A stretch of DNA of 64,000 bases from Planctomycetota bacterium. GTDB taxonomy: Bacteria; Planctomycetota; B15-G4. How positions within the stretch are numbered: the first letter of the stretch is position 1; each line of letters starts with the position of its first letter. The stretch covers positions 47,657-111,656 of the forward strand of contig JAJDEO010000030.1 in assembly GCA_029259745.1 (NCBI GenBank), read 5' to 3'. Shown here piece by piece: positions 47,965-57,333 of the stretch. Made by a program: the position numbers and the translations under genes. Below the pieces are notes generated by a model, which did not search any database, was not told the DNA's origin, and saw nothing but the letters and a program-made list of their open reading frames with translations.

Positions 47965-48286
47965 CGTGGCCGTCGCCTCTCCGTCGACGCAAGACACGAC
48001 CCGCGGCCGTCCGGGCCGGAAGTCGCCCGTTCGGGGCCCTCGGCGCGTCTCGCGGCCCCGGACCGCCTTCTCGCGAATCGATGACGTCGAGGTCGGATAT
48101 GGCGCCCGCACGGCCCGACTCGTGCGCGCCCGCATCGCTGAGTTATAGTCCCGCCGATCGTGTCCCGAGCCCGCTCCGACGCGGCTCGCGACACCCACGA
48201 AACTCTCGAGCGCTCGGCGTCATCCCATGGTGACGCTTCCCAGCGCCCCCCTTTCCAACACCTACCCGTCTTTTCAGGAGACCCAG

Positions 48287-48811
48287 ATGTCCCTCATCGG
48301 CAAGCCCGCCCCCGAGTGGTGCGCGAACGCGTACGTCAACGGCGAAGAGAAGCAGATCAGCAGCAAGGACTTCGCCGGCAAGTGGCACGTCCTCTACTGG
48401 TACCCGCTCGATTTCACGTTCGTCTGCCCCACCGAGATCAAGGGCTTCCAGCGCCTTGCTGGTGACTTCAAGGACGACGGCGTCGCGGTGATCGGTGCCA
48501 GCACCGACAGCTTCTTCAGCCACAAGGCCTGGTTCGCGGACAAGTCGATCTTCGACCAGGAGATCACGCACCCCGTCATCGCCGACACGAACCACTCCGT
48601 CAGCGAGGCCTTCGGTGTCCTCAAGGGCGACGCCGGCATCGCATTCCGCGGCACGGTCATCGTCGACGACAAGGGCATCGTCCGCTCCGTCGCCATCAAC
48701 GACCTGTCGGCCGGCCGTAGCCCGAGCGAGGTTCTTCGCACGGTGCAGGCGCTCCAGAGCGGTGGCCTGTGTGGCGCCGACTGGTCCAAGGGCGACGACT
48801 TCGCAGCATGA
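48287..48811 (+). CDS. ahpC: typical 2-Cys peroxiredoxin (AhpC/Prx1 family)
   Basis: MSLIGKPAPEW with AGGAG 6 nt upstream. Peroxidatic DFTFVCPTE. Resolving GGLCGADW. Confidence 0.93.
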   Translation: MSLIGKPAPEWCANAYVNGEEKQISSKDFAGKWHVLYWYPLDFTFVCPTEIKGFQRLAGDFKDDGVAVIGASTDSFFSHKAWFADKSIFDQEITHPVIADTNHSVSEAFGVLKGDAGIAFRGTVIVDDKGIVRSVAINDLSAGRSPSEVLRTVQALQSGGLCGADWSKGDDFAA

Positions 48812-49152
48812 GTCGCATCGAGACGATCGACAAAGCGAACTGGGATGCGTTCGTGTCCTCCCCGGTGGCCTTCCTGATGATCGGGAAGTCCGACTGCGGG
48901 AACTGCGCGACCTGGACCGAGGAGCTCAACGCCGAACTCGCAGACGCGTCGACGTGGAGTGACGTGCGGTTCGGAAAGCTGCTCGTCGACACTCCCGGCC
49001 TCGGGTTCTTCAAGAAGGCGAACCCGTGGTTGGCAGACGTCGAAGTGCTGCCCTTCAACGTGCTCTACAAGGACGGCAAGATCGTCAAGAAGTGGCCCGG
49101 AGGCGGCTATGCCCGTCTCGACAACCGGCTCGAGGGCATCACGACCGCCTGA
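48808..49152 (+). CDS. thioredoxin-fold protein with CGNC motif
   Basis: ATGA overlap with the ahpC stop. FLMIGKSDCGNCATW resembles a Trx-like WCxxC active site. 114 aa. Confidence 0.55.
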   Translation: MSRIETIDKANWDAFVSSPVAFLMIGKSDCGNCATWTEELNAELADASTWSDVRFGKLLVDTPGLGFFKKANPWLADVEVLPFNVLYKDGKIVKKWPGGGYARLDNRLEGITTA

Positions 49153-49174
49153 GACCCGCGCTGCGGACCTGCTG

Positions 49175-49216
49175 ACAGAGAGCCCGACGCGCCCATGCGG
49201 CGGTCGGGCTCTCTGT
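49175..49216 (+). terminator. stem-loop after the thioredoxin-like gene
   Basis: ACAGAGAGCCCGAC-14 nt-GTCGGGCTCTCTGT: a perfect 14-bp stem, 23 nt after the stop. No U-tract. It could instead act as a leader structure for the MgtC-like gene. Confidence 0.5.
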
Positions 49217-49266
49217 CGTGACGAGGCGCAGACGGCCTGCATCACAAGTGTCCCCTGGAAGGACGC

Positions 49267-49740
49267 ATGGCCATGATCGACTTCGAGTTCAACACCGCGC
49301 TCCTCATCGAGCACGCCGCCAAACTCGGCATTGCCTTCGCGCTGGCGCTCCCCCTGGGCTGGAACCGGGAGCGCTCGCAGCGGTCGGCCGGACTTCGGAC
49401 GTTTCCGATCGTCGCGCTGGCGAGCTGCGGGTTCGTGCTCGTCGCTCGCGACGCGATGCCCGGCTCGCCGGATGCCTTGTCGCGTGTCATCGAGGGGATC
49501 ATCACGGGCATCGGCTTCGTGGGCGGAGGCGCGATCGTGCGCTCCGGCGATCGCGTCCGTGGGACGGCAACCGCGGCGAGCATCTGGGCGACCGGGGCCA
49601 TCGGCATCTCCGTCGCGCTGCGGCGCTACGAAGTCGGCGTGCTCGTCGCTCTCGTGACGTTCGCATGCCTCTGTGCGATGCCGCTCGTGAAGAACGTCGT
49701 GGGCGACAACGGCGACGATCACTCACGCGCGAACGAGTGA
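49267..49740 (+). CDS. MgtC/SapB family membrane protein
   Basis: LGWNRERSQRSAGLRTFPIVAL...GIITGIGFVGGGAI...GTATAASIWATGAIG is typical of the family. Confidence 0.85.
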   Translation: MAMIDFEFNTALLIEHAAKLGIAFALALPLGWNRERSQRSAGLRTFPIVALASCGFVLVARDAMPGSPDALSRVIEGIITGIGFVGGGAIVRSGDRVRGTATAASIWATGAIGISVALRRYEVGVLVALVTFACLCAMPLVKNVVGDNGDDHSRANE

Positions 49741-51126
49741 TCCGTCGATCCACACGGTCTTCGTGTTGACGAACTCGCGGACTCCTTCGTCGCCGAGTTC
49801 ACGCCCGTAGCCTGAGTGCTTGATGCCGCCGAAGGGGAGGCGCGGGTCGGCCTTCACAGCGGCATTCACGAAGCAACAGCCGGCGTCGAGTTCATCGCGC
49901 GCGATACGTTCCCCGCGTTCCAGGTCGCGCGTGAACACGGCCGCGCCCAGGCCGAAGCGAGATGCATTCGCAACCTCGATGGCGCACCGCTGGTCGCTGA
50001 CGGTTTGCACGGCTGCCACGGGTCCGAAGAGCTCTTCGTCGGCAGCCGGCATCCCGGCAGTGACGCCCGTGAGCACTGTGGGCGGATAGAACGCCCCCGG
50101 CCCCGTGAGGCGCCGGCCGCCCGTGACGATCTCGGCTCCTTGCTCGACACTCTGCACGACCTGCTCGTGGAGACGGTCGCGCAGGTCGCGCCGAGCCATG
50201 GGCCCCAGGTCGGGATCACCACGTAGCGGATCACCGATCGTCGCCGCCTCCATGCGGGTGACGAAATGCTCGAGGAATGCCTCCTCGACGTCACGCACGA
50301 CGAGGAACCGCTTGGCAGCGATGCGACTCTGCCCCGTGTTGTCGAGGCGACTCGCTGCGCACACTCTCGCCGCGTGCTCGACGTCGGCGTCGGCGAGGAT
50401 GATGTAGGGATCGCTCCCACCGAGTTCGAGCACCGATTTCTTGATGTGTCGACCGGCCGCTGCGGCTACGGCGCGCCCTGCCTCCGCGCTCCCTGTCACG
50501 GTCACGACGCCGATCGCGTCGTGGGCGATCAACGACTCGACATCGCAGTCGTCGACGAGCACGACGCGCATGAGATTCTCGGGAAACCCCGCCGCCCGGA
50601 CGATCTCCTCGATCTCCAGAGCACACCCCGTCACGCTCCTCGCGTGCTTGAGCACCACGCCGTTGCCGGCGAGCAGTGCGGGGACGAGAAACCGGAAAAC
50701 CTGCCAAAACGGGAAGTCCCAGGCCATGACGCCCAGCACGACGCCCAGTGGACGGCTCACGACGTAGCTCTTCGCGGCGTCCGTCGGGACCGCGCGCGGT
50801 TCGATGACACGCTGCGCGACGCTCGCGAAGTGACGGCAGACCCACACGCACTTCTCGATCTCGCGACGACCCTGCGCGAAGGGTTTGCCCATCTCGAGCG
50901 CCATCCGAACGGCCGCCAGCTCGCGGTGGCTCGTCAGCTCGTCGGCCAGCGCGAGGAGACGATCGCGGCGCGTCTCGAGCGAGCTTCGTCCCCACGCCGT
51001 TCGGGCCGCCACCGCCACGTCATCGACCACCTGCCGAGCCACGGTGGCCGACATCTCTTCGTAGGTCGCAAGGACCTCCCCGGTCGCGGGGTTGCGCACG
51101 TGGATCGTCACACGCCGTGGCACCAA
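49723..51126 (-). CDS. aldehyde dehydrogenase superfamily protein (SSADH/GabD1-like) with substituted catalytic Cys and Asn
   Basis: LELGGSDP and EELFGP are conserved. The nucleophile motif reads GQSRIAAKR (CGC Arg at 50323-50325, where the family has Cys). WNFP reads WDFP (GAC at 50716-50718). Start is TTG at 51126 or GTG at 51123. Confidence 0.85.
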   Translation of the reverse strand: MVPRRVTIHVRNPATGEVLATYEEMSATVARQVVDDVAVAARTAWGRSSLETRRDRLLALADELTSHRELAAVRMALEMGKPFAQGRREIEKCVWVCRHFASVAQRVIEPRAVPTDAAKSYVVSRPLGVVLGVMAWDFPFWQVFRFLVPALLAGNGVVLKHARSVTGCALEIEEIVRAAGFPENLMRVVLVDDCDVESLIAHDAIGVVTVTGSAEAGRAVAAAAGRHIKKSVLELGGSDPYIILADADVEHAARVCAASRLDNTGQSRIAAKRFLVVRDVEEAFLEHFVTRMEAATIGDPLRGDPDLGPMARRDLRDRLHEQVVQSVEQGAEIVTGGRRLTGPGAFYPPTVLTGVTAGMPAADEELFGPVAAVQTVSDQRCAIEVANASRFGLGAAVFTRDLERGERIARDELDAGCCFVNAAVKADPRLPFGGIKHSGYGRELGDEGVREFVNTKTVWIDGSLVRA

Positions 51127-51344
51127 CCGCGTCGCCCGAAAACCCGCAACGACGCTGCCACCTTATTTCTTTCCGTCCTCTTCATGCGACACGACAACGG
51201 ACCTGGGGAAGCAATATCTACAAACGTAAACGCGCTCATTGGCACGCGACCGCGTGAAACCGCCAAAGGGGTTGCCCATCCCCATCGATTCCGCGCGGGC
51301 GCCTGACCGGGCTAGCGGGCCCAGCCGACGTCGCCTCATCACTG

Positions 51345-51360
51345 TGCATACGTCGTGCCA
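51345..51360 (-). promoter_or_regulatory. candidate sigma-54 (-24/-12) promoter facing the ALDH-like gene
   Basis: The minus strand reads TGGCACGACGTATGCA: a perfect -24 TGGCACG, with the -12 GC at canonical spacing (ATGCA versus TTGCA). About 220 nt upstream of the CDS. Confidence 0.5.
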
Positions 51361-51389
51361 ACATCCAGCCCGACTGCTGGCTCGAGAGA

Positions 51390-51405
51390 TGGCACCCGAT
51401 TTGCT
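51390..51405 (+). promoter_or_regulatory. candidate sigma-54 (-24/-12) promoter facing the yqaE-HK-ntrC operon
   Basis: TGGCACCCGATTTGCT matches TGGCAC-N5-TTGC exactly. About 75 nt upstream of the ATG at 51480. Confidence 0.65.
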
Positions 51406-51479
51406 TCTCGTTCGTGCTCGTGCATATCGCCCTGCCCGTATGGGCAGACCTTCCCGTCCACTCATGTGAGCCCGATTCC

Positions 51480-51659
51480 ATGGACTTCCTTCGCATTCTG
51501 CTCTCCCTACTTGTCCCGCCACTCGGCGTCTTCTTGCAAGTGGGGCTCGGCAAGCACTTCTGGATCAATCTGCTCCTGACGCTCCTCGGCTACGTGCCGG
51601 GGATCGCGCACGCGGCGTGGATCATCGGTCGCGAAGGCGGACGACCCGCGCACTCGTAG
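51480..51659 (+). CDS. YqaE/Pmp3 (UPF0057) small stress membrane protein
   Basis: MDFLRILLSLLVPPLGVFLQVGLGKHFWINLLLTLLGYVPGIAHAAWII is a near-archetypal family sequence. 59 aa. Confidence 0.85.
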   Translation: MDFLRILLSLLVPPLGVFLQVGLGKHFWINLLLTLLGYVPGIAHAAWIIGREGGRPAHS

Positions 51660-51796
51660 CAGTTCTGGCATACTCACCCATCGGCCAGCGACCGGAGGCA
51701 CGACGGCCTTTCCGACCACCTGCACGCGCGCTTCTGCGGGCAAACCGCGTGGCGGGACCATCGTGAACTCCGTCGCTCCCCCCTTGGAGTCCACTT

Positions 51797-52885
51797 GTGG
51801 GCACCAACCGTCGTGATTCCACTTCACGTCCTCCGAGCATGATCTCGGCGAGCCGTTCGTTCGCACGAGCGGTGGAAGGCGGCGTCGTGATCCTCCGCGA
51901 TGACAGCTCGCTCGACTTTGTCAGCGACTCGATGCACGACATGATCGGTGGTGAAGCCGCCTTCGACAAAGCATGGCCGTGGCTGCTCGAGAAGATCAGG
52001 TCAAGCCTGTCGGCGGCAACCGAACAGCATCCCGACCTCTTGCTCAGCGCCAACCTCCCCGACGAACTCGGCGGTCAGTCGTTCTTCATCCACATCTTCC
52101 CGATCGATGACGAACTCTGTGGCGGCCTGCTCGTGGTCATCAAGGACCGCAAGGCTGTCGACGGACTCCAGGCCGACCTCCAGCTCGCCTCTCACACGCG
52201 TCAACTCTCGGAAGGCTTCAGGCAGGTTGCCCACGACATCAACACGCCTCTGAACTCGCTCGCGATCAATGTCGCCGTGCTCAAGAACCGTCTTCCGGCC
52301 GATCACAGCTGTCAGGAGCCTCTGCGCTCGCTCGACGCCGACATCCGGCGTCTGGGCCATTCGCTCCAGGGCCTGGTCGCGCAGCCGATCATCCACGGCG
52401 AGGCAGCGAGTCGCTTCGACCTCCGGCGGGTCGTTCTCGAAGCTGCCGTGCTCGTGCGTTCGCGCGACCTCCTCGAAGACGTGCAGTACGACGTGAGTCT
52501 CCCCGACAGGAGCGTCCAGATCGTCGCCGTGCGCGAGTCGATCAAGCAGGCGATCGCGGGCATCATCGCGAACGCGATCGAAGCCATGGTTGATGTCGCA
52601 CGCGACCAGCGACACCTCACGGTGCGAATGTCGGCCGACGACGAGTGGGCGACCATCACGATCCACGACTGCGGTCCCGGGATCGACAGCGTGTCCATGC
52701 TGCGCATCTTCCACCTCCACTACACGACGAAGGCATCGCGTTCGGGCGTAGGCCTCCCCACGGCACGGATCGCGCTCCACGGCGCCGGCGGCCGACTCCA
52801 GCTCGAAAGCACACCTACCAAAGGCACCACGGCGAAGATCTCGCTGCCCCTGGCGGCCCTACAACCCCACGAGATAGACCAGTGA
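51797..52885 (+). CDS. cytoplasmic PAS-domain sensor histidine kinase (NtrB-like)
   Basis: H-box VAHDINTPLNSL. N-box IIANAIEA. G-boxes HDCGPGI and SGVGLPTA. No TM segment. Start is GTG at 51797 or ATG at 51839. Confidence 0.85.
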   Translation: MGTNRRDSTSRPPSMISASRSFARAVEGGVVILRDDSSLDFVSDSMHDMIGGEAAFDKAWPWLLEKIRSSLSAATEQHPDLLLSANLPDELGGQSFFIHIFPIDDELCGGLLVVIKDRKAVDGLQADLQLASHTRQLSEGFRQVAHDINTPLNSLAINVAVLKNRLPADHSCQEPLRSLDADIRRLGHSLQGLVAQPIIHGEAASRFDLRRVVLEAAVLVRSRDLLEDVQYDVSLPDRSVQIVAVRESIKQAIAGIIANAIEAMVDVARDQRHLTVRMSADDEWATITIHDCGPGIDSVSMLRIFHLHYTTKASRSGVGLPTARIALHGAGGRLQLESTPTKGTTAKISLPLAALQPHEIDQ

Positions 52886-54252
52886 TCGATGTCCTGTTGG
52901 TTGAAGACGATGCACCCTCGCGCGAAGCGCTTTCGATGTGGATGCGCGACCACGGCGCCGAACCGCGCGAGGCATGCGACTACGGCGAAGGCGTGGAGCA
53001 GATCCGCGCCGCCGTACCCGCGCTCGGAATCCTCGACATCGACCTTCCCGGCGGGAGCGGTCTCGACCTTCTGCGCAAGGTGTCACCGAGGGACCGGTCG
53101 CGTTTCATCGTCGTCTCCGGTGTCGCCACGCAAGATCTCGTCATCGAGGCGTTTCGGCTCGGCGCCTATGACTTCCTGACGAAGCCGCTCGAGTTCGAGC
53201 GTCTCGACCGCGCCCTCAACGAAGCCGCGGAGTCGCAAAGTCTTCGCACAGGGCGGCCCAGCGCCGCGGCGTCGGACCGCAAGCCACACCGCCAGCTCAT
53301 CGGCGATTCAGAGCCGATGCGCACCGTGTCCGATCGGATCGCAGCTTTCGCAGGCACCGAGGAACCCGTCTTGATCACGGGCTCGACCGGAACTGGCAAG
53401 GAACTTGTCGCGCAGCAGATCCACGTGTTGAGTAGTCGCGCACGCCATCCGCTCGTCGCGGTGAACTGTGGGGCGCTGCCATCTACGCTCGTCGACTCGG
53501 AGCTGTTCGGTCACGAGCGCGGTGCGTTCACAGGAGCGGACAAGCGCCGCGCCGGCGTGTTCGAGCAGGCCAACGGGGGGACCTTGTTCCTCGACGAGGT
53601 CACGGAGATGCCGCTCGAGACACAGGTCAAGCTGCTGCGCGTCCTCGAGACGTCGACCTTCACTCGGCTCGGCGGATCGACACCCATCGACGTCGACGTC
53701 CGGATCATCGCCGCGACGAACCGCGACCCCAAGCGAGAGGTTGCGCGTCATCGCCTGCGCAGCGACCTCTACTATCGCCTTGCCGTGCTCGCAATCAGTC
53801 TCCCGCCGCTGGCAGAACGCGACGGTGACGTCGAACTCCTTGCACGAGCGTTCCTCGAGGACCTCGTCAATGCGCGTGCCGAGGGGCTCCCGACGGTCAC
53901 CTTCGCGGACTCCGCGCTCGCCGCTCTCGCCAGCCACTCGTGGCCGGGCAACGTGCGCGAACTCCGCAACGCCATGCGACGCGCGTTCGTCCTCGCGTCG
54001 ACGTCAGGTGACCCGGCCCCGCAGATCACCACGGAACACCTCGGCCTGACTCACCGTTCGACGACTGCGAGCCCGCGCTCCGAGCTGACGCCCGGCATGT
54101 CGATCGCCGACGCTGAACGGCAGCTCATCGAACTCACGCTCAAGCATGTGGACGGCGACAAGCAGGAGGCCGCTCGAATCCTCGGAGTGAGTTTGAAGAC
54201 CCTTTACGCGCGACTGAAGATCTACCGCGCGGCAGACGGGAAGTCGGCATGA
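52882..54252 (+). CDS. sigma-54-dependent response regulator (NtrC family: REC-AAA+-HTH)
   Basis: GTGA overlap start ([10 protein letters not shown]). REC Asp in ILDIDLPG. Walker [15 protein letters not shown] loop (ERGAFTGA). Walker B LFLDEV. C-terminal [21 protein letters not shown]. Confidence 0.92.
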   Translation: MIDVLLVEDDAPSREALSMWMRDHGAEPREACDYGEGVEQIRAAVPALGILDIDLPGGSGLDLLRKVSPRDRSRFIVVSGVATQDLVIEAFRLGAYDFLTKPLEFERLDRALNEAAESQSLRTGRPSAAASDRKPHRQLIGDSEPMRTVSDRIAAFAGTEEPVLITGSTGTGKELVAQQIHVLSSRARHPLVAVNCGALPSTLVDSELFGHERGAFTGADKRRAGVFEQANGGTLFLDEVTEMPLETQVKLLRVLETSTFTRLGGSTPIDVDVRIIAATNRDPKREVARHRLRSDLYYRLAVLAISLPPLAERDGDVELLARAFLEDLVNARAEGLPTVTFADSALAALASHSWPGNVRELRNAMRRAFVLASTSGDPAPQITTEHLGLTHRSTTASPRSELTPGMSIADAERQLIELTLKHVDGDKQEAARILGVSLKTLYARLKIYRAADGKSA

Positions 54253-55895
54253 CGCAGATCCTGCCGTGCGCTCGCGCATGGGCCGCGGGGAGCCTGCTCG
54301 TCGCGCTGATGGCCTTCGGGGTCGCTGCTCAGAACGCCGAACCCGAAGCGCCCGAGCCCGCCCCGGAGAGCACACCTGCCGAGGTCGTCGACGAGCAGGA
54401 GGCGACGCCTCCCGCCGACCTCCCCGAACACCACGCGACCCTGATCGCGATCTTCGACCGCGTCGAACGGTTCGGCAAGCTCGTGGTCGAGTCGGGTTCG
54501 GGCGTCATCACGCTGCGTGGTTCGACGACGTCTCCGACGGTGCGCGACGAGGCCGCCGAGCTCGCCGCGGGGCTCGAGGGCGTCGTCTTCGTCGACAACC
54601 AGATCGAGATCCTCGTCAAGGAACCCGCGAGCGAGAAACAGCCCGACGCCGACGAGCCCGCGCCGACGACGCAAGACGAACGCATCGAGAACAAACTCCG
54701 CGCCGTCGTCGCGCAGGTCGACGAGCTGTCCGACATCACCGTTTCCGTCGAAGCCGGCGTCGTCCACCTCGCGGGCGAGACTGCATCCACCGCCGCGAGC
54801 AAGCGCGCCGGCGACCTTGCCGCAGCACTCGAAGGCGTATTGTTCGTCGACAACGACGTCCGCGCGACGAGCGATCTCGGTAAGCGTCTTCTGCCGGACA
54901 TCACGCACGTCATCGAGATCGGTCGCGACCTCGTGATGAACGTTCCGCTCTACCTCGTCGCACTCATCGCGGTCGCGTTCTTCTTCTGGCTCGCGCAGCG
55001 GTCGCGCGGCTGGCAGCTCCCGCAGACGTGGTTCGGCGGGCGCGTTCTTCTGCTCGACCAAGTTCACCAGATCCTCTGGCTCGCGATCGTGCTGCTCGGC
55101 GTCTTCGTCGCGCTCGAGATCCTCGACGCGACGGCCGTTGTCGGCGCCGTACTCGGAACAGCCGGCCTCGTCGGTCTCGCCGTCAGTTTTGCGTTCCGCG
55201 ACATCATCGAGAACTACCTCGCGAGCCTGCTGCTCAGCGTGCGTCGGCCCTTCTTCGCCAAGGACACCGTCGAAGTCGACGGGACGCTCGGCAAGGTCAT
55301 CCGCATGACGACGAGCGAGACGCTGCTGCTCACGCTCGACGGCAACCACGTGCGCGTTCCGAACGCGCAGATCTTCAAGTCGAAGATCGTCAACTACTCG
55401 CGCAATCCGCTCCGGCGCTTCGAGTTCTCGGTCGGCGTCGGTACCGACATCGACCTCGGCCATGCGCAGGAACTCGGGCTCGCCACAGTGAAGGACGTAC
55501 CGGGCGTGCTCGCCGACCCACCGCCGCTCGCCCTCATCGACGCCCTCGGCGATTCGACCGTCGCGATGCGCTTCCTGGCGTGGGTCGATCAGGGTGAAGC
55601 CGACTTCTCGAAGGTGCGCAGCAAGACCATCCATCTCGTGAAGGCCGTCTTCGACGCCGAAGAGATCGACATGCCGGTGCCGACGCACGAAGTCGTGCTG
55701 CGACGGCGCTCGACAACCGCAGCGGGCGCGAAGCGCGAAGAGCGAGAGAAGAAGGCAACGGCGAAGCGCGACGCCGAGCGTGCGCGCATCGACGTGCAGA
55801 CAGGCGACATCTCGACCGACGATGACATCGACGAACAGATCGATCGCGAGAATGCCGTCACGCTCGAGACCGACCTGCTCGAAGACGAGGGATGA
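54249..55895 (+). CDS. MscS-family mechanosensitive channel with N-terminal signal peptide and two BON domains
   Basis: ATGA overlap. BON-like VITLRGSTTSPTVRDEAAELAAGLEGVVFVDN and VVHLAGETAS..LEGVLFVDN. MscS core FAFRDIIENYLASLLLSVRRPF..VDGTLGKVIRMT..VRVPNAQIF. Confidence 0.85.
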   Translation: MTQILPCARAWAAGSLLVALMAFGVAAQNAEPEAPEPAPESTPAEVVDEQEATPPADLPEHHATLIAIFDRVERFGKLVVESGSGVITLRGSTTSPTVRDEAAELAAGLEGVVFVDNQIEILVKEPASEKQPDADEPAPTTQDERIENKLRAVVAQVDELSDITVSVEAGVVHLAGETASTAASKRAGDLAAALEGVLFVDNDVRATSDLGKRLLPDITHVIEIGRDLVMNVPLYLVALIAVAFFFWLAQRSRGWQLPQTWFGGRVLLLDQVHQILWLAIVLLGVFVALEILDATAVVGAVLGTAGLVGLAVSFAFRDIIENYLASLLLSVRRPFFAKDTVEVDGTLGKVIRMTTSETLLLTLDGNHVRVPNAQIFKSKIVNYSRNPLRRFEFSVGVGTDIDLGHAQELGLATVKDVPGVLADPPPLALIDALGDSTVAMRFLAWVDQGEADFSKVRSKTIHLVKAVFDAEEIDMPVPTHEVVLRRRSTTAAGAKREEREKKATAKRDAERARIDVQTGDISTDDDIDEQIDRENAVTLETDLLEDEG

Positions 55896-57232
55896 CGGCC
55901 TCACCGTCGTCACTGCCGACAGTCTTCCGTCGCTGGGTGTGGCGCGCCGGTGAGGCAATCCTCGAGCGCGTGCGTACGAGCTACCTCGTCGTGCCGTCGA
56001 TCGGCGCGGTCAGCGGCGTCTTCTTCGCCTGGCTGACGCTGTGGTTCGACGCCAGGGCCGTGTCGTTCCTCGTCGAAGATCACGCCTTCATCTTCCGAGG
56101 TTCGCCCGACTCGGCCCGCATCGTCATCTCGACGCTCACGGGCGCGATGATCACCATCGTCGGCTGCGTCTTCTCACTCACGCTGCTGTCGCTCACGGTG
56201 GCGTCGTCGCAGTTCGGCCCGCGCCTGATCCGAACGTTCATGCGCGACTCGACGACACAGCTCGCGATCGCGTGTTTCCTCGGGACATTCAGCACGCTCG
56301 TCACCGTGCTCGTCGGAATGTCGTCGAGCAACGTCGCGCACGTCTCGGTGACGTTCGCCGTGGCGATGACGTCCATCAGCGTGGGAATGCTGATCTTCTT
56401 CGTGCACCACGTCGCCTCGTTCCTGCGTGTCCCCAGCATCATCGCAACGATCTCACAGCGCTTCGACGAGATCGTCGACGACCTCCTCGCCGACCGTGAA
56501 CTCGATGACGCAGCCGAGGTCACCCAGCGCCCCAAAGCGCTTCCGCTCCTCGTACACGCGACCCATAGCGGCTACGTCCAGTCGGTCGACCACGCTCTGC
56601 TCGCACGCGTCGCACGCGACCGCCGGTTGGTCATCCGCACGCTCGTTCGCGCTGGGCACCACGTCCTTGCCGGCAGCGCCCTCGCTGAGTGCAGCGACGA
56701 ACGCGACGACAGCGAAACGGCCGAGACGCTCCGGGATGCCTTCCTGATCGGCAACGAGCGCACCGACGCGCAGGACATCGAGCACCCGATCCGGCAGTTG
56801 GTCGAGATCGCACTCCGGGCGCTGTCCCCCGGCATCAACGATCCGTTCACGGCGACGGCGTGCATCGACCGACTCGGCGTCCTCGTCGCCCGCTTGGCCG
56901 ACAAGCGCATGCCCCGCGCCGTGAACCGTGGACTCGACCAGCACTCGCAGCTCACGACCGTCGGCACGACGTTCGAAGGCATCTGCGACCTCGCCTTCAA
57001 CCAGATCCGTCAGGCGGCCGCCGACAAACCCGCCATCGCAATCCGCATGCTCGAGACGCTCGCAGCGCTCGACGCCGTGGCCGGCGATGACGAAGCCCAG
57101 CGCGACGTGTTCAGACGTCACGCCGAACGCATCCGCGCTGCAGCCGACGGCACGACCGACGAGCGCGATCGCGCCGAGATCGCCGCGGCCTTCCAGCGCG
57201 CCGTCGATCGGCCCGACATGGCGGCGCCGTGA
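55892..57232 (+). CDS. DUF2254-like polytopic membrane protein
   Basis: ATGA overlap. 4-5 N-terminal TM segments followed by a soluble domain. The family call is from overall architecture only. Confidence 0.55.
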   Translation: MTASPSSLPTVFRRWVWRAGEAILERVRTSYLVVPSIGAVSGVFFAWLTLWFDARAVSFLVEDHAFIFRGSPDSARIVISTLTGAMITIVGCVFSLTLLSLTVASSQFGPRLIRTFMRDSTTQLAIACFLGTFSTLVTVLVGMSSSNVAHVSVTFAVAMTSISVGMLIFFVHHVASFLRVPSIIATISQRFDEIVDDLLADRELDDAAEVTQRPKALPLLVHATHSGYVQSVDHALLARVARDRRLVIRTLVRAGHHVLAGSALAECSDERDDSETAETLRDAFLIGNERTDAQDIEHPIRQLVEIALRALSPGINDPFTATACIDRLGVLVARLADKRMPRAVNRGLDQHSQLTTVGTTFEGICDLAFNQIRQAAADKPAIAIRMLETLAALDAVAGDDEAQRDVFRRHAERIRAAADGTTDERDRAEIAAAFQRAVDRPDMAAP

Positions 57233-57333
57233 AAGGCACGCCCGAGTGGACGGACACGCAAGACGCCGTCACCGCTTGCAGCGTAAGATGGAGTCTCGTG
57301 ACAACTCGCTCCCCCTTGGAAAGGAGCACACCG

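Noticed and set aside
48144-48149. TATAGT -10-like hexamer upstream of ahpC, and TAGAAT at 22442-22447 upstream of the FG-GAP gene.
   Set aside because: There is no acceptable -35 or extended -10 element at the right spacing. These are isolated hexamers and are not enough to call sigma-70 promoters.
47965-48150. Possible ZTP (pfl) riboswitch in the fhs leader. The minus strand contains GGGTCGTGTCTTGCG, which resembles the GGGUCGUGACUGGCG core as I remember it.
   Set aside because: I could not find the conserved 3' sub-domain (CCGCCUGGGC-like). The match lies only about 45 nt from the ATG and deviates at conserved G positions. A cmscan with the Rfam pfl model would settle it.
51163-51285. Roughly 40-aa upstream ORF (MGMGNPFGGFTRSRANERVYVCRYCFPRSVVVSHEEDGKK) in the leader of the ALDH-like gene.
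   Set aside because: GC3 is clearly lower than in real genes here, the RBS is weak, and the longer track ORFs containing it (51163-51522, 51236-51568) cross both sigma-54 promoters. It is noted only as a possible leader peptide.
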